A DNA stretch of 64,000 nucleotides from Eubacteriales bacterium (GCA_050943735.1 JBMNPT010000004.1:137420-201419), one strand, 5' to 3'. Positions 45,906 through 56,009 are shown, counted from the stretch's first letter. Numbers and translations are program-made. Notes: generated by a model from the letters alone, not told the origin.

Positions 45906-46042
45906 GTTCCACCTCATCATAAAATATTGGATTCTTTGTCTATCTTCCTAGAAATTTTTCTTTTTTATCACTATAATAATAGTACAGACTTATCATACCA
46001 CAAATCACGCAAAGATGTAAACCAGAGAGAAAGGAGTTCAAA

Positions 46043-46720
46043 ATGCCGTCCCCTCGTCCCGGAATCCCGCCTCGAATTTTTCGCCTGCTGACGTTTGTCC
46101 CCATGCTGCTTTGCATTCTGTGCTGTCTTTTCTTCTGGCGCAAATTGCAGGGGATCACTCTGCAGGAACTGCTGGAGTTCACACCCTCCAATCTCTTTCT
46201 GGCCACCCTGGTCATTTGGGGGCTCTATGCAGTGAAGTCCTTTACCATCGTATTTCCTCTAATGCTTCTATACCTGGTTTCAGGCCATCTTTTCTCCCCG
46301 TGGATCGCTCTGCTTGTCAATCTGGTAGGCCTGTTTTTCAGTACCTCCCTGCCCTATTGGCTGGGCCGGCTGGCCAGCGTATCAGTGGATGCCGCTTTCC
46401 TGAAAAAATATCCCCAGGCCGCACAGCTTATCAACAACCAAAAAACCAACGCCTTTGCACTGTCCTACTTTCTCCGGGTGGTCAATCTCTTGCCCGGCGA
46501 TGTCGTCAGTATGTTGCTGGGAGCTGCTCGTCTTCCTTACCGCCCGTATCTGGGAGGGTCGCTGCTGGGGATGTTTCCCGCCATGGCTGCCGCCACTTTT
46601 TTAGGCAGCTCGGTGACAGATCCCCGATCTCCTCAATTCTTTGCGGCGGCTATCGGCACCGTACTGCTCACTGTACTCCCCATGCTATATGCCAGACATC
46701 GCCACCGCAGAGAACAGTAA
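46043..46720 (+). CDS. TVP38/TMEM64 (DedA-related) family membrane protein
   Basis: 225 aa, multi-TM, with the segment YFLRVVNLLPGDVVSMLLGA. Confidence 0.6.
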   Translation: MPSPRPGIPPRIFRLLTFVPMLLCILCCLFFWRKLQGITLQELLEFTPSNLFLATLVIWGLYAVKSFTIVFPLMLLYLVSGHLFSPWIALLVNLVGLFFSTSLPYWLGRLASVSVDAAFLKKYPQAAQLINNQKTNAFALSYFLRVVNLLPGDVVSMLLGAARLPYRPYLGGSLLGMFPAMAAATFLGSSVTDPRSPQFFAAAIGTVLLTVLPMLYARHRHRREQ

Positions 46721-46721
46721 C

Positions 46722-48176
46722 TCATGATTTCCAGAAATTGGGGAAAAAGAGGGGCATCATGGTATACAGTTCCAATCTGCCAATCAGCATCAGCAGAATT
46801 TCCAGCAACTTGGTGCCGGAAGAGAGAAATCCGAAATTGTTGTAAGGTCCCACCAATTCCAAACCTGGGCCCACATTGCTCAATGTAGTGGCAGTGGCCG
46901 ACATGGCTGTAATCATATCCAGATCTCCGCCCTCCATGCAGATAGTCAGTATGGTACCTACCACAAACAGCAGCATGAACAGCAGAAAAAAACTCTGCAC
47001 ACCCTGCACATATTCTTCACTGACCACTTTGCCATTGAGCCGAATGGGGCGCACTGATTTGGGGTGTACCGTACGAAACATGGTCCTGCGAATACACTTG
47101 CCCAAAATCAAAATACGGACCACCTTAATGGCACAGGTGGTAGAACTGGAGCAGGCGCCCACAAAGGTGAGCATAAACAGAATGAACTTGCTCAGGCTTG
47201 GCCAATAATTGTAATCCACTGTGGCAAAGCCGGTAGTGGTAATAATGGAAGAAACCTGAAAAGCCGCATGTTCCAGGCAGATAAGCGGGGTGGCAAACAA
47301 TTGCTGTCCCCACAAATTCCATGCGATGAGCAGCGAAGAAACTCCAATGATACACAAATACAACCGCAGTTCTTCGTCTTTGACTGCTTCCCGTACCCGA
47401 CCCTGCAGCACAGCGAAAATAATAAAGAAATTCACGCCCGACAGTGTCATATAAACGGTTGTGACCACATTGATGTAGTGACTGTCAAAATGCCCAATGC
47501 TGGCGTTATAGGTGGAAAAGCCAGCCGTAGCCACTGTGGAAAATGTATGTACCGCCGCATCATACCAGCTCATACCGCCCAGTCTCAGCAGCACCGTCAT
47601 GGAAAATGTAAGAATTACATAGGTAATCAGCAGCATCCGTACCGTATCTTTGGTACGCGATGCTTTTTTCATGGTGGAAGGAGATTCCGCTTTGAAAATA
47701 CGGAACGCTCCCCCATCCAACAGAGGCACAATGAAAAATAAAAATACCAGTACCCCCAGTCCACCAATCCAATGGGTAAAAGATCGCCAGAAAAGCACAG
47801 ATTTAGGCAGAGCCTCAATATCAGGTAAAATGGTGGCACCTGTGGTGGTAAAGCCGGATACCGTTTCAAACAGGGCATCCACACAATCAGGAATGGCACC
47901 CGACAATACAAAGGGAAAGGCTCCAATGAGTGATACAATCACCCAGCACAACACCACTAGCACCAGGCTTTCCCGAATGTTAATGCCCCGTTTTTCCTCC
48001 GGAATACAAAAAGAGAGAAGCCCCAATATCATAGTGCAGACTGCCGGCAATAAAAAAGCACCTGCAATGGTTTCCCCCCATGCCACCGATAGGAGCGCCG
48101 GTACCATCAAAAACAATCCCTGTACCAACAAGACTCGCCCCATCAGACGTGTAATAATCCAAATGCTCAATTTCAT
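46722..48176 (-). CDS. TrkH/KtrB-family potassium transporter (start uncertain)
   Basis: Polytopic protein with repeated TTTGF/TATAGFST pore-loop-like motifs (VSGFTTTGAT, VATAGFSTY, TTTGFATV, LSNVGPG). Confidence 0.8.
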   Translation of the reverse strand: MKLSIWIITRLMGRVLLVQGLFLMVPALLSVAWGETIAGAFLLPAVCTMILGLLSFCIPEEKRGINIRESLVLVVLCWVIVSLIGAFPFVLSGAIPDCVDALFETVSGFTTTGATILPDIEALPKSVLFWRSFTHWIGGLGVLVFLFFIVPLLDGGAFRIFKAESPSTMKKASRTKDTVRMLLITYVILTFSMTVLLRLGGMSWYDAAVHTFSTVATAGFSTYNASIGHFDSHYINVVTTVYMTLSGVNFFIIFAVLQGRVREAVKDEELRLYLCIIGVSSLLIAWNLWGQQLFATPLICLEHAAFQVSSIITTTGFATVDYNYWPSLSKFILFMLTFVGACSSSTTCAIKVVRILILGKCIRRTMFRTVHPKSVRPIRLNGKVVSEEYVQGVQSFFLLFMLLFVVGTILTICMEGGDLDMITAMSATATTLSNVGPGLELVGPYNNFGFLSSGTKLLEILLMLIGRLELYTMMPLFFPNFWKS

Positions 48177-48235
48177 CCCTCCATGCCAGAATGAAAATCC
48201 CACTTTTCCTTCTGCACAGTAAGGCAATCATTATT

Positions 48236-49081
48236 TTATTTTTTCAAAAATTCTCGCAACTCTTCCCGCTTTTGCAGCAAACCATAATACCCTAGCTGGT
48301 ACCCCGTTTCCAGCTTTTTTGTGTTTTTTTCGAACCGACTCAACCCCAAAGGTTCCAGCGGCGCAATGACTATAGCACGCCCTTCCTGCTCCAGCTGCCG
48401 CACCAACTGCTGCTCTTTGGCATACATCTGATGCCGTCTGCGCAAGGCCGAGAGCAGCTGTGGATACTTGCGCAACGCAACTTTCAGCATCCACTCATTG
48501 CCTGCTGGTGATTTTACATACTCCCGATGCCGGGTCAGAATGACCACCACCCGATCGCAGCCATCCTCCAGTGCCCGAGCCACCGGAATGGAATCGGAAG
48601 TACCCCCATCGGAATAATACCGTCCCCGGTAGAACACTGGCGGTGAAAGGGCTGGCAGCGAAGAAGATGCCCGGAGCACTGTGGTATCCCCCCGCAGACA
48701 CTCTTTATCAAAATAAGCAGGCCGTCCAGTGCGCACATCGGTGACCACTGTGACCATCTCACAGGGATTGGCAAAAAACGCCTCTTCATCAAAAGGCACC
48801 AGATGCTGCGGCACTTCCTCAAAGAGAAACTCCATGCCAAACAGGGAGCCGGTCCGCACAAAATTGCGCAGACTCAAATATCGAGGATCCCGAATATACT
48901 CTATATCAATGCGTTTGTTCCGTCCTCGTTGTCCGGATATATAGGACACGCCATTGCAGGCCCCTGCCGATACGCCAATGCAATAATCCACCTGCAGACG
49001 TTCATCCAACATGGCATCCAAGGCACCAATGGTAAAAATTCCACGCAGTCCTCCGCCTTCCAGCACCAGTCCTGTTTTCAT
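48236..49081 (-). CDS. Patatin-like phospholipase
   Basis: GLVLEGGGLRGIF oxyanion motif and GVSAGA nucleophile elbow. Confidence 0.85.
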   Translation of the reverse strand: MKTGLVLEGGGLRGIFTIGALDAMLDERLQVDYCIGVSAGACNGVSYISGQRGRNKRIDIEYIRDPRYLSLRNFVRTGSLFGMEFLFEEVPQHLVPFDEEAFFANPCEMVTVVTDVRTGRPAYFDKECLRGDTTVLRASSSLPALSPPVFYRGRYYSDGGTSDSIPVARALEDGCDRVVVILTRHREYVKSPAGNEWMLKVALRKYPQLLSALRRRHQMYAKEQQLVRQLEQEGRAIVIAPLEPLGLSRFEKNTKKLETGYQLGYYGLLQKREELREFLKK

Positions 49082-49233
49082 CCGTCAACCTCCCTCAAAC
49101 TGTTCTTTGTATCATTGTAGCACAAATCCGCAAAAAGGCCACTGTCATTGTGAAAAAAGATAGCAATTTACCCCAACTTATTGTACAATGGTAAAGGGTT
49201 TACATCCCAATTCAGGAAAGGAGTCAACCAACC

Positions 49234-51195
49234 ATGGGTTTTTTTGATTTTTTCAAGGGAAAGAACTCTCCCGATGATCCGGAAACTCCGGAAGAAATGG
49301 ACATGCCGCAGGAGGAGGCCTCCAATGCTCCCCAAGCACCGAAGGATGCCAGCAAGGAACCAATGCTGCCCTTTGTAGACCCCTACGGCCGTCCTGTATC
49401 GGTTCCGCTGTCCCAGTGGAAAACCGAAGTACTGCCCAAATTACTGGAAAAGCACCGGGAACAGCCCATCCCTCTGTACAATGACATTCTGCTGGCGCTG
49501 CAGCACAACGTGGCGCAGGAGGTATTGGAACCAGCCCAGCATTTGAGCCAGTTGGACCCCTGTGAACGTACCAACACTCTGTTGGCCATTGCCCAGCTCA
49601 AGTGCGGAGATGCTGCTGCCTCTCAAGCCACATTGGAAAGCTACATCGCAGAACATGGCAAAACTGGCCCTCTGCTCACCAATCTGGCCAAAGCACAGTA
49701 CACCCAGAAAGATACCCAGGGTGCGCTGGCCACTCTGTGGGAAGGTCTCACTCTCGACCCCAACCAGAGCAACGGCCTCCCCTGGTATGCCGCTCTGCAT
49801 ATGCAATCTCAGGGCAAAGAGGGCTATTTGGATGCCTTGCGGCGTGCCTCTCAGTTGAAGGACAGCTGGCTGCCCCAGCTCTACCTGGCTCGGGACTTTG
49901 TGCAAAACAAGGAACTGGAGCCCGCCATGGAACTGTACCGCAAGGTGCTGTCCGAACATCCCACCGAACCGGCTGTGTTCATGATCTCCAGCGATTTGGG
50001 TATGACAGGCCATCCCAAGGAACTGGTGGAGCTGCTGGACCCCATTTTTGACCTGAAAAAATATTCCGTTCGGGTGGCCATCAACCTGCTCAACGGCTAC
50101 TTACAGGCAGGTCATCCCGCCAAGGCCCAGGCCCTGCTCAACATTTTGCTCCGCCTGGAACGGCCTGAGCTGAAAAACTATCTGCTGGCAGTTTCGTCCG
50201 CTCTGGACAAGGCCCGCCCAGCCCCCAAGCTCACCGAAGAGGAGCGCAAAGAAATCAAACTGGAAATGGTATCGCTGGACAAACCCATGTGGTACTATGG
50301 TCTAAACAATCCCCAATGGCTGCTGCCTGCCAAGCAGGAAGACGCCAAGCTGGTGGCAGTGCTGTCCTATGCTGACATCACCCAGGCGGCCCCTGAACAA
50401 AATGTGGCGGCCACCGAAGACGAAAGTAGCCGGCTCACCCGTTCCATCCCCTTGCTAATGGGCAGCCGTATGGCTTTCCTGTCCCAGTTCCAGTGCAAGA
50501 ACATCATTCCCTGCGCCCATGGCATTGGACCCGTCCTGTCCCGCAAGGAAGCTGATGAAACCTACCTGCGCAACATTGCCTCCAAAATTGGAGCGGACTA
50601 TCTCATCACCGGTACGGTGCTCAACGTCGACAGTAGTTTTGGCGTTACCACCATCTTCTATGACCGGGAAAAGGATTCCTTCCAGCGCGCCATGAAGCTG
50701 CTGCCCAAAAAGAATCTGGGCCCGGCTCTGTTGGATCTGGTGGAAGAAATCACCGATCTTCTGCACATTGAAGAAGCGGCTGTTCCGGGATATACCCCTT
50801 CTGCGGTTGCGGCCGGCGGATTTGCCACCGCTCTCACCCAGTCTCTCAGCCAGCTTCTCATTCAAAACGGTCAGGTGCCGCTGAAATTGCTTCGGGGAGA
50901 ACGCAACATCCTCAACTGGATGCTCAATCTGGCACTGGCTGATCCTTCCAACACCGCTCTTAAGCTGTTATTCATCGGCGGATTGAGCAAGAGCCGCTCC
51001 TATGGCTCCAACGTCTATCTGGAATTCCACAAACAGGTGTTGCAGATGGTACAGGCTGAGCCGGAAGACAGCCCCGTACGGCGGCTGCTGCCTCTCATCT
51101 ACCGTCTGTACAACCACAAGGAGCCCCTGGAAAAACTACAGGAGCAAACCACTGGCGACGACGAGTACAGCCGTTGGGTTCATTCCTTCCAGTAA
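49234..51195 (+). CDS. Large TPR-like repeat protein of unknown function
   Basis: 653 aa. The helical-repeat N-terminal half has TPR-like periodicity. No catalytic motif recognised. Confidence 0.5.
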   Translation: MGFFDFFKGKNSPDDPETPEEMDMPQEEASNAPQAPKDASKEPMLPFVDPYGRPVSVPLSQWKTEVLPKLLEKHREQPIPLYNDILLALQHNVAQEVLEPAQHLSQLDPCERTNTLLAIAQLKCGDAAASQATLESYIAEHGKTGPLLTNLAKAQYTQKDTQGALATLWEGLTLDPNQSNGLPWYAALHMQSQGKEGYLDALRRASQLKDSWLPQLYLARDFVQNKELEPAMELYRKVLSEHPTEPAVFMISSDLGMTGHPKELVELLDPIFDLKKYSVRVAINLLNGYLQAGHPAKAQALLNILLRLERPELKNYLLAVSSALDKARPAPKLTEEERKEIKLEMVSLDKPMWYYGLNNPQWLLPAKQEDAKLVAVLSYADITQAAPEQNVAATEDESSRLTRSIPLLMGSRMAFLSQFQCKNIIPCAHGIGPVLSRKEADETYLRNIASKIGADYLITGTVLNVDSSFGVTTIFYDREKDSFQRAMKLLPKKNLGPALLDLVEEITDLLHIEEAAVPGYTPSAVAAGGFATALTQSLSQLLIQNGQVPLKLLRGERNILNWMLNLALADPSNTALKLLFIGGLSKSRSYGSNVYLEFHKQVLQMVQAEPEDSPVRRLLPLIYRLYNHKEPLEKLQEQTTGDDEYSRWVHSFQ

Positions 51196-51231
51196 AAAAT
51201 ACCCCCTGACAGATCTGTCAGGGGGCTTTTT

Positions 51232-53064
51232 TTACTGTTTGAGAATTTTCATGAACTCTTCCCCGGTGATGGTTTCTTTTTCCAGCAAATACCGGGCCAA
51301 TTCGTGCAGTTTTTCAGTGTTTTCCTTGAGAATTTCCACTGCTTTTCCATGGGCTTTTCGAATGATTTCCAATACTTCCTGGTCAATTTTTTCGGCAGTG
51401 CCCTGGGAACAAATCAAAGAGGTATCTCCACCCAGATATTGATTGCTGATGGTCTCCAAGGCCATCATGTCAAAATGCTGGCTCATACCCAGCCGGGTTA
51501 CCATCGCCCTGGCAATCTTGGTGGCCTGCTCAATGTCATTGGACGCCCCCGAAGTAAAGGTTCCGAAGATCAATTCCTCCGCTGCCCGGCCGCCGGTAAA
51601 GGTGACAATTTTGTTGAACGCCTCTTCCCGGGTCATGAGCACCGTTTCTTCCTCTGCCACCTGCATGGTGTACCCCAGTGCTCCGCTGGTGCGGGGAATG
51701 ATGGTGATCTTGTGCACCGGAGCGGAATCGGTCTGCATAGCCGCCACCAAAGCATGTCCAATTTCATGATAAGAAATGATCTCTCTTTCACGTGGTGAAA
51801 TGACTGCGCCTTTCCGCTGGTATCCGGCAATGACCACTTCCACTGCCTCTTCCAGATCGGCCTGCTGTACCTGAGAGCGTCCCATGCGTACCGCCCGCAA
51901 AGCGCCTTCATTGATAATATTGGCCAGTTCCGCGCCTGAAGCACCAGCTGTGGCCAGTGCAATGGATTTGAGATCCACCCCTGGCTCCATGTGAATGTTT
52001 TTGGCATGGACCCGCAAAATGGCCTCCCGGCCCTTGAGATCAGGCAATTCCACCGGAATGCGCCGGTCAAAGCGTCCCGGCCGCAGCAGGGCTTGATCCA
52101 ATGAGTCCGGCCGGTTGGTGGCCGCCAGAATCACTACGCCTTTCCGTCCGTCAAAACCATCCATTTCGGTGAGCAGCTGGTTGAGGGTCTGTTCCCGTTC
52201 ATCGTTGCCGCCCAAGCCACCGCTGTCACGCCGTTTGCCAATGGTATCAATCTCATCAATGAATACAATGCAAGGCGCTTTCTCCTGGGCCTGCTTAAAC
52301 AAATCCCGCACCTTCACAGCGCCCATACCCACAAACATCTCCACAAATTCCGAACCGGATATGGAAAAGAAGGGAACATGCGCCTCACCAGCCACGGCTT
52401 TGGCCAGCAGAGTTTTACCAGTTCCAGGAGGGCCTACCAGCAATGCACCTTTAGGCATAGTAGCGCCGATGGATTCGTATTTTCCAGGATTGTGCAGAAA
52501 ATCCACAATCTCCGCCAGTGCTTCTTTTGCTTCATCCTCTCCGGCCACGTCGTCAAATGTCTTGCCGGTCTGTGCCTCCACATAAATTTTGGCATTACTT
52601 TTGCCAAAGGTCATGGCACCGGCGCCCATGCGTTTTTGCATACTCCGCAGAAACAGCTGTCCGATAAATATAAAGAAAAGAATGGGTAACAGCCAGGAGA
52701 GCAATTGTGACAATGCTGACGGCTGCTTGGGCACTACCTTGCCATATTTCACACCATGGTCGTTGAGCAGCGGCACCAACTCCGTATCATTGCTGATGTA
52801 CCCGGTATAGTAAATGGTCTTGTCCTCTTTGCTGGTCAGATAGATTTCAGTGTCGGTGATTTCCACCGTATCCACCTTGTTTTCCTGCACCATGGTGAGA
52901 AATTCGCTGTAATAGATCTCCTTGGTACCGGCCTTATACAACAGCGGCATCACCAGAGTGTTGAGCACAATCACCACCAGCAATACGATGATGTAATAAT
53001 AAATCCAGGGTTTTTTCGATGTTTTTTGTTCTCTCATGATTTTTCGACTCCTTTTTTTCATCAT
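51232..53064 (-). CDS. ftsH: ATP-dependent zinc metalloprotease FtsH
   Basis: GPPGTGKTLLAKAVAGEA Walker A, DEIDTIG Walker B, HEIGHAL zinc site, N-terminal TM pair. Confidence 0.95.
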   Translation of the reverse strand: MMKKRSRKIMREQKTSKKPWIYYYIIVLLVVIVLNTLVMPLLYKAGTKEIYYSEFLTMVQENKVDTVEITDTEIYLTSKEDKTIYYTGYISNDTELVPLLNDHGVKYGKVVPKQPSALSQLLSWLLPILFFIFIGQLFLRSMQKRMGAGAMTFGKSNAKIYVEAQTGKTFDDVAGEDEAKEALAEIVDFLHNPGKYESIGATMPKGALLVGPPGTGKTLLAKAVAGEAHVPFFSISGSEFVEMFVGMGAVKVRDLFKQAQEKAPCIVFIDEIDTIGKRRDSGGLGGNDEREQTLNQLLTEMDGFDGRKGVVILAATNRPDSLDQALLRPGRFDRRIPVELPDLKGREAILRVHAKNIHMEPGVDLKSIALATAGASGAELANIINEGALRAVRMGRSQVQQADLEEAVEVVIAGYQRKGAVISPREREIISYHEIGHALVAAMQTDSAPVHKITIIPRTSGALGYTMQVAEEETVLMTREEAFNKIVTFTGGRAAEELIFGTFTSGASNDIEQATKIARAMVTRLGMSQHFDMMALETISNQYLGGDTSLICSQGTAEKIDQEVLEIIRKAHGKAVEILKENTEKLHELARYLLEKETITGEEFMKILKQ

Positions 53065-53123
53065 ACTCTGTCTGGTGGAAAGAAGTCAATGTTCTTTTGT
53101 ATGAGAAGGAAAATCTTTACACT

Positions 53124-53492
53124 TTATTCATCTTGTTCATTTTTTGTACAAAACATTTGCCAGATTCCCAAAGCGATCAGTAGCCAGTAAAATGCCTTGC
53201 GCAGCCATTCTCCTTCACTGGCTGCCGCCAAAGCGGCACCCAGTGCCGCTCCGGCACAGCCTCCGACCACGCACAGTCCCCACACCTTCCACACCATATA
53301 CCCGTTTTTCCAATGAAAAAATACCCCAGCCAAGGCAGCCGGCAAAAAATACAGCAAATTGAGGGACTGGGCCGCCAGCTGAGGCACCTCCCAAAAGCTG
53401 GTAAGCCACAACAGCAGCAGCGTACCGCCGCCCACACCCATGGCACTGAGCGCACCACATACCGCCGCTCCCGCAAACAGCCAAACGCTCAC
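53124..53492 (-). CDS. Half-size TauE/SafE-like membrane protein (second half)
   Basis: The GTG start overlaps the upstream stop (GTGA at 53489-53492). 123 aa, four TM segments, GVGGG motif. Confidence 0.55.
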   Translation of the reverse strand: MSVWLFAGAAVCGALSAMGVGGGTLLLLWLTSFWEVPQLAAQSLNLLYFLPAALAGVFFHWKNGYMVWKVWGLCVVGGCAGAALGAALAAASEGEWLRKAFYWLLIALGIWQMFCTKNEQDE

Positions 53493-53857
53493 AGCCCCAG
53501 CACCCCCTTGATTCCGGCCAACAGCAACAGCAGAGCAAATGCCCGTTGCAGCCACCGGGTGTTGAGCCGTTTGAGCCACAATCCCCCTATGATGCCACCC
53601 ACTGCTCCCCCCAACAGACAGGGCCACAGCCACTGGGCCGCCAGCTCCACATTGCGGCTGTACAGACACAAACTCACCCCGGATAATACCAACGTCACTC
53701 CCACCGAAGTGGCAAAAACCTTCCGAGTCTCCAGTCCGCTCCAGCGTTTTAATAGCACCACCAGAATGACTCCTCCGGCGCCGCCAAAAAAACCGTTGAT
53801 CAGACCCGCGCCAAAACCAGCCGTCAGCAGCTTCCATTTTTGAGATTGGGGTTTCAT
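53489..53857 (-). CDS. Half-size TauE/SafE-like membrane protein (first half)
   Basis: MKPQSQKWKLLTAGFGAGLINGFFGGAGG. GGAGGAGGG RBS. Confidence 0.6.
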   Translation of the reverse strand: MKPQSQKWKLLTAGFGAGLINGFFGGAGGVILVVLLKRWSGLETRKVFATSVGVTLVLSGVSLCLYSRNVELAAQWLWPCLLGGAVGGIIGGLWLKRLNTRWLQRAFALLLLLAGIKGVLGL

Positions 53858-53938
53858 CCGCTTCCCTCCTCCAAAAAACAACTCCACAGCCTTACTATGG
53901 CTGTGGAGTGAGGATTTTATTCCATTGTAGGCCCAGCA

Positions 53939-54607
53939 TCACAGGCGCAAAAATTCATCGTAATACTCCAGCGCTTCCTGATGACTGTTCTTCCCGCCCA
54001 GGACTCCTTTGATTCGCTCGCTGTAATCCGCACGGTTTTTGCTCTTGCGCATCAAAGACGCCAGCTGTACACAGTATTTCTCCTTGATGCGTTTTTCCCG
54101 GCACATCCGGTTGAGAATGATCTCTTTTTTCTCTTTATCGGTGAGTGTTTTTTTCTTTTCTTTGGAAGGCTTGTTTTTCTCCCGCTGAGGACGGTCTTCC
54201 CCTCGATTTTCCAATACCACCCGGCTTTTGGCCAGGCATTGGGCGATGCATTCGCCGCACTTGATGATAACCTCCGAATTGAGTTCCTTCACCGATTTGA
54301 TGGCTGCCTCATAGCCCCGATCATTGGAAATGATGTAAATTTCGCTCACCGAGTGATCGGCGGTGAGATAGCCCATATAGGTCACCAGCATAAAATCCAG
54401 CGCGTTATTGCCCTTGTGGTCCAGATAACGGGTTTCCACTGTGATATCCCGGTCCCGATAGGCATCCAGAATATCCCGCAGGGAACGGATGATGTTTTCG
54501 CCTGAACCAAAAATCACCACTTTACTGCCTGGCTCCACCGCGCTGATACCGTACAATCCATGCAGCGCCACATTTTCATAATCTACCAGAAATGCCTTCT
54601 TACCCAT
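53939..54607 (-). CDS. NYN/PIN-like domain protein
   Basis: The N-terminus KAFLVDYENV...IYIISNDRGY resembles NYN-type nuclease folds, and the tail is Lys-rich. Family assignment is tentative. Confidence 0.45.
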   Translation of the reverse strand: MGKKAFLVDYENVALHGLYGISAVEPGSKVVIFGSGENIIRSLRDILDAYRDRDITVETRYLDHKGNNALDFMLVTYMGYLTADHSVSEIYIISNDRGYEAAIKSVKELNSEVIIKCGECIAQCLAKSRVVLENRGEDRPQREKNKPSKEKKKTLTDKEKKEIILNRMCREKRIKEKYCVQLASLMRKSKNRADYSERIKGVLGGKNSHQEALEYYDEFLRL

Positions 54608-55337
54608 TCTTTTCCTCTTTTCTCATTGCTTCTTCTCCTTTCAGCAGGATTTTGATCACCTCACCAGCCGCCATCATACCGGCCACCGGTGGCACAAAGG
54701 CCACACTGCCGGGTACACTTCTACGCCCCCGCTCTTCCGCTTCCTCCACCGGGCGCAATGGCTCCTCCCGGCTGTAGAGCACCTTGTGATGATCCACCCC
54801 TCGTTTTTTCAGTTCGCGGCGCACCACCCGGCACAGAGGGCACACCGATGTTTCATAAATATCCGCCACCTCAAACCGGAAGGGGTCCAGCTTGTTGCCT
54901 GTCCCCATCACGCTGATGATGGACACATCCCGCTGATGCGCCTGCTCAATCAAATCCAGTTTGGCGGTCACCATGTCAATGGCGTCTACCACAAAATGAG
55001 GAGCCCACGCAAACAGGAACTCTCTCTCCTCAGGCATATAGCAGCGCTCTGCCGCCACAATCTCCGCCTGGGGATTGATGTCCCGCAATCGAGCCGCCAT
55101 GGCTTCCGCCTTGGACTTTCCCAGGGTGCTGCACAGTGCTACCAATTGACGGTTTCGGTTGGATTCACTCACCACATCGTGGTCCACCAGCAGCAAATGG
55201 CCCACGCCGCAGCGTGCCAGTGCCTCTGCCGCCGCGCTTCCCACGCCGCCAATGCCCACCACTGCCACCCGGCATCCGGAGAGAATCTCGGTGCTTTCTC
55301 TGCCCAGCAGCCGTTCCTGCCGTTCCAAAAATCCCAT
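54600..55337 (-). CDS. tcdA: tRNA threonylcarbamoyladenosine dehydratase (ThiF/E1-like)
   Basis: VAVVGIGGVGSAAAEALARCGVGHLLLVDHDVVSESNRNRQ. Confidence 0.8.
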   Translation of the reverse strand: MGFLERQERLLGRESTEILSGCRVAVVGIGGVGSAAAEALARCGVGHLLLVDHDVVSESNRNRQLVALCSTLGKSKAEAMAARLRDINPQAEIVAAERCYMPEEREFLFAWAPHFVVDAIDMVTAKLDLIEQAHQRDVSIISVMGTGNKLDPFRFEVADIYETSVCPLCRVVRRELKKRGVDHHKVLYSREEPLRPVEEAEERGRRSVPGSVAFVPPVAGMMAAGEVIKILLKGEEAMRKEEKNG

Positions 55338-55356
55338 ATGGGTTCCTCCGTCCTAT

Positions 55357-55386
55357 AAAAAATACCGGTCATGAACCATGACCGGT
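55357..55386 (-). terminator. Rho-independent terminator after the candidate RNA gene
   Basis: ACCGGTCATG/CATGACCGGT stem (55364-55386) followed by UAUUUUUU on the minus strand. It ends about 20 nt before the tcdA start. Confidence 0.75.
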
Positions 55387-55405
55387 AGATAAATTGGCAT
55401 GATGG

Positions 55406-55590
55406 CCCCACAGAAGCCGTGTTGCGCCGCTGATGACCCTGCATCTTCAGCAGGTGGGTTTCCTCCTTACCGTCTCACGCTCCCTTCTTCGGCCGAAGCG
55501 GGAAGGTCTGCAATCCTCGAATAAGAGACCGGAATCCCTATTAAGTCTCTGTAGGTTCAATACAGACGCAATCACGAGCCCCGTAGGGTT
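55406..55590 (-). ncRNA. Candidate 6S RNA (ssrS-like), about 183-nt rod with a central bubble
   Basis: It has its own promoter and terminator. 5' CCCUAC..GCUCGUGAUUGCG pairs with 3' CGCAACACGGC..GUGGGG as a closing stem. Small hairpins occur on both strands of a central open region (UCUGUA/UACAGA and CCUGC/GCAGG). A terminal helix joins CCGGUCUC to GAGACGG, with apex CUUC-GGCC-GAAG. There is no credible ORF. Confidence 0.5.
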
Positions 55591-55596
55591 ACTCTT

Positions 55597-55625
55597 ATTA
55601 TAGCATACTGCCCAACTGCACGCAA
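55597..55625 (-). promoter_or_regulatory. Promoter of the candidate RNA
   Basis: On the minus strand: TTGCGT (55620-55625), 17 nt, TATAAT (55597-55602). Confidence 0.6.
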
Positions 55626-55643
55626 GATATTCCGCAGAGTTGG

Positions 55644-55943
55644 TCAATTTTCCACATCATAAAATTCTTCCAGACGTTCCACCATGATGCTGCGCACTTC
55701 TTCAAATTCCCGTTCATCCTCAATGGTGGCCAGCAATTCGTCGCCGCTCTCCTCATCCACCACGATTTTCATAATCACCAATTCTCCATCGGCTTCCACC
55801 GCTTCATTGGGATCATCATATACCGGAACCAACGCCACATAAGTTTCGTCTTCCAGCTCCAAGGTATCAATGTGCTCAAATTCCATTTTGACGCCGTTTT
55901 CATCTTCCAGCGTAATATAATCGTTTCCAAATTCGCCGCTCAT
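55644..55943 (-). CDS. DUF1292-like small acidic protein
   Basis: YITLEDENGVKMEFEHIDTLELEDETYVALVP pattern. Start at the 18th codon of the track ORF. Confidence 0.6.
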   Translation of the reverse strand: MSGEFGNDYITLEDENGVKMEFEHIDTLELEDETYVALVPVYDDPNEAVEADGELVIMKIVVDEESGDELLATIEDEREFEEVRSIMVERLEEFYDVEN

Positions 55944-56009
55944 GCCAGCACCTGCTTTCTTTCCGTTGTTTTCCCATTTTAATACAAAGTGCACAGGAAG
56001 TCAATACGC

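Noticed and set aside
55447-55647. 66-aa minus-strand ORF in the tcdA upstream gap
   Set aside because: It has no RBS and starts upstream of the predicted promoter. The region folds into a long rod-like RNA with its own promoter and terminator.
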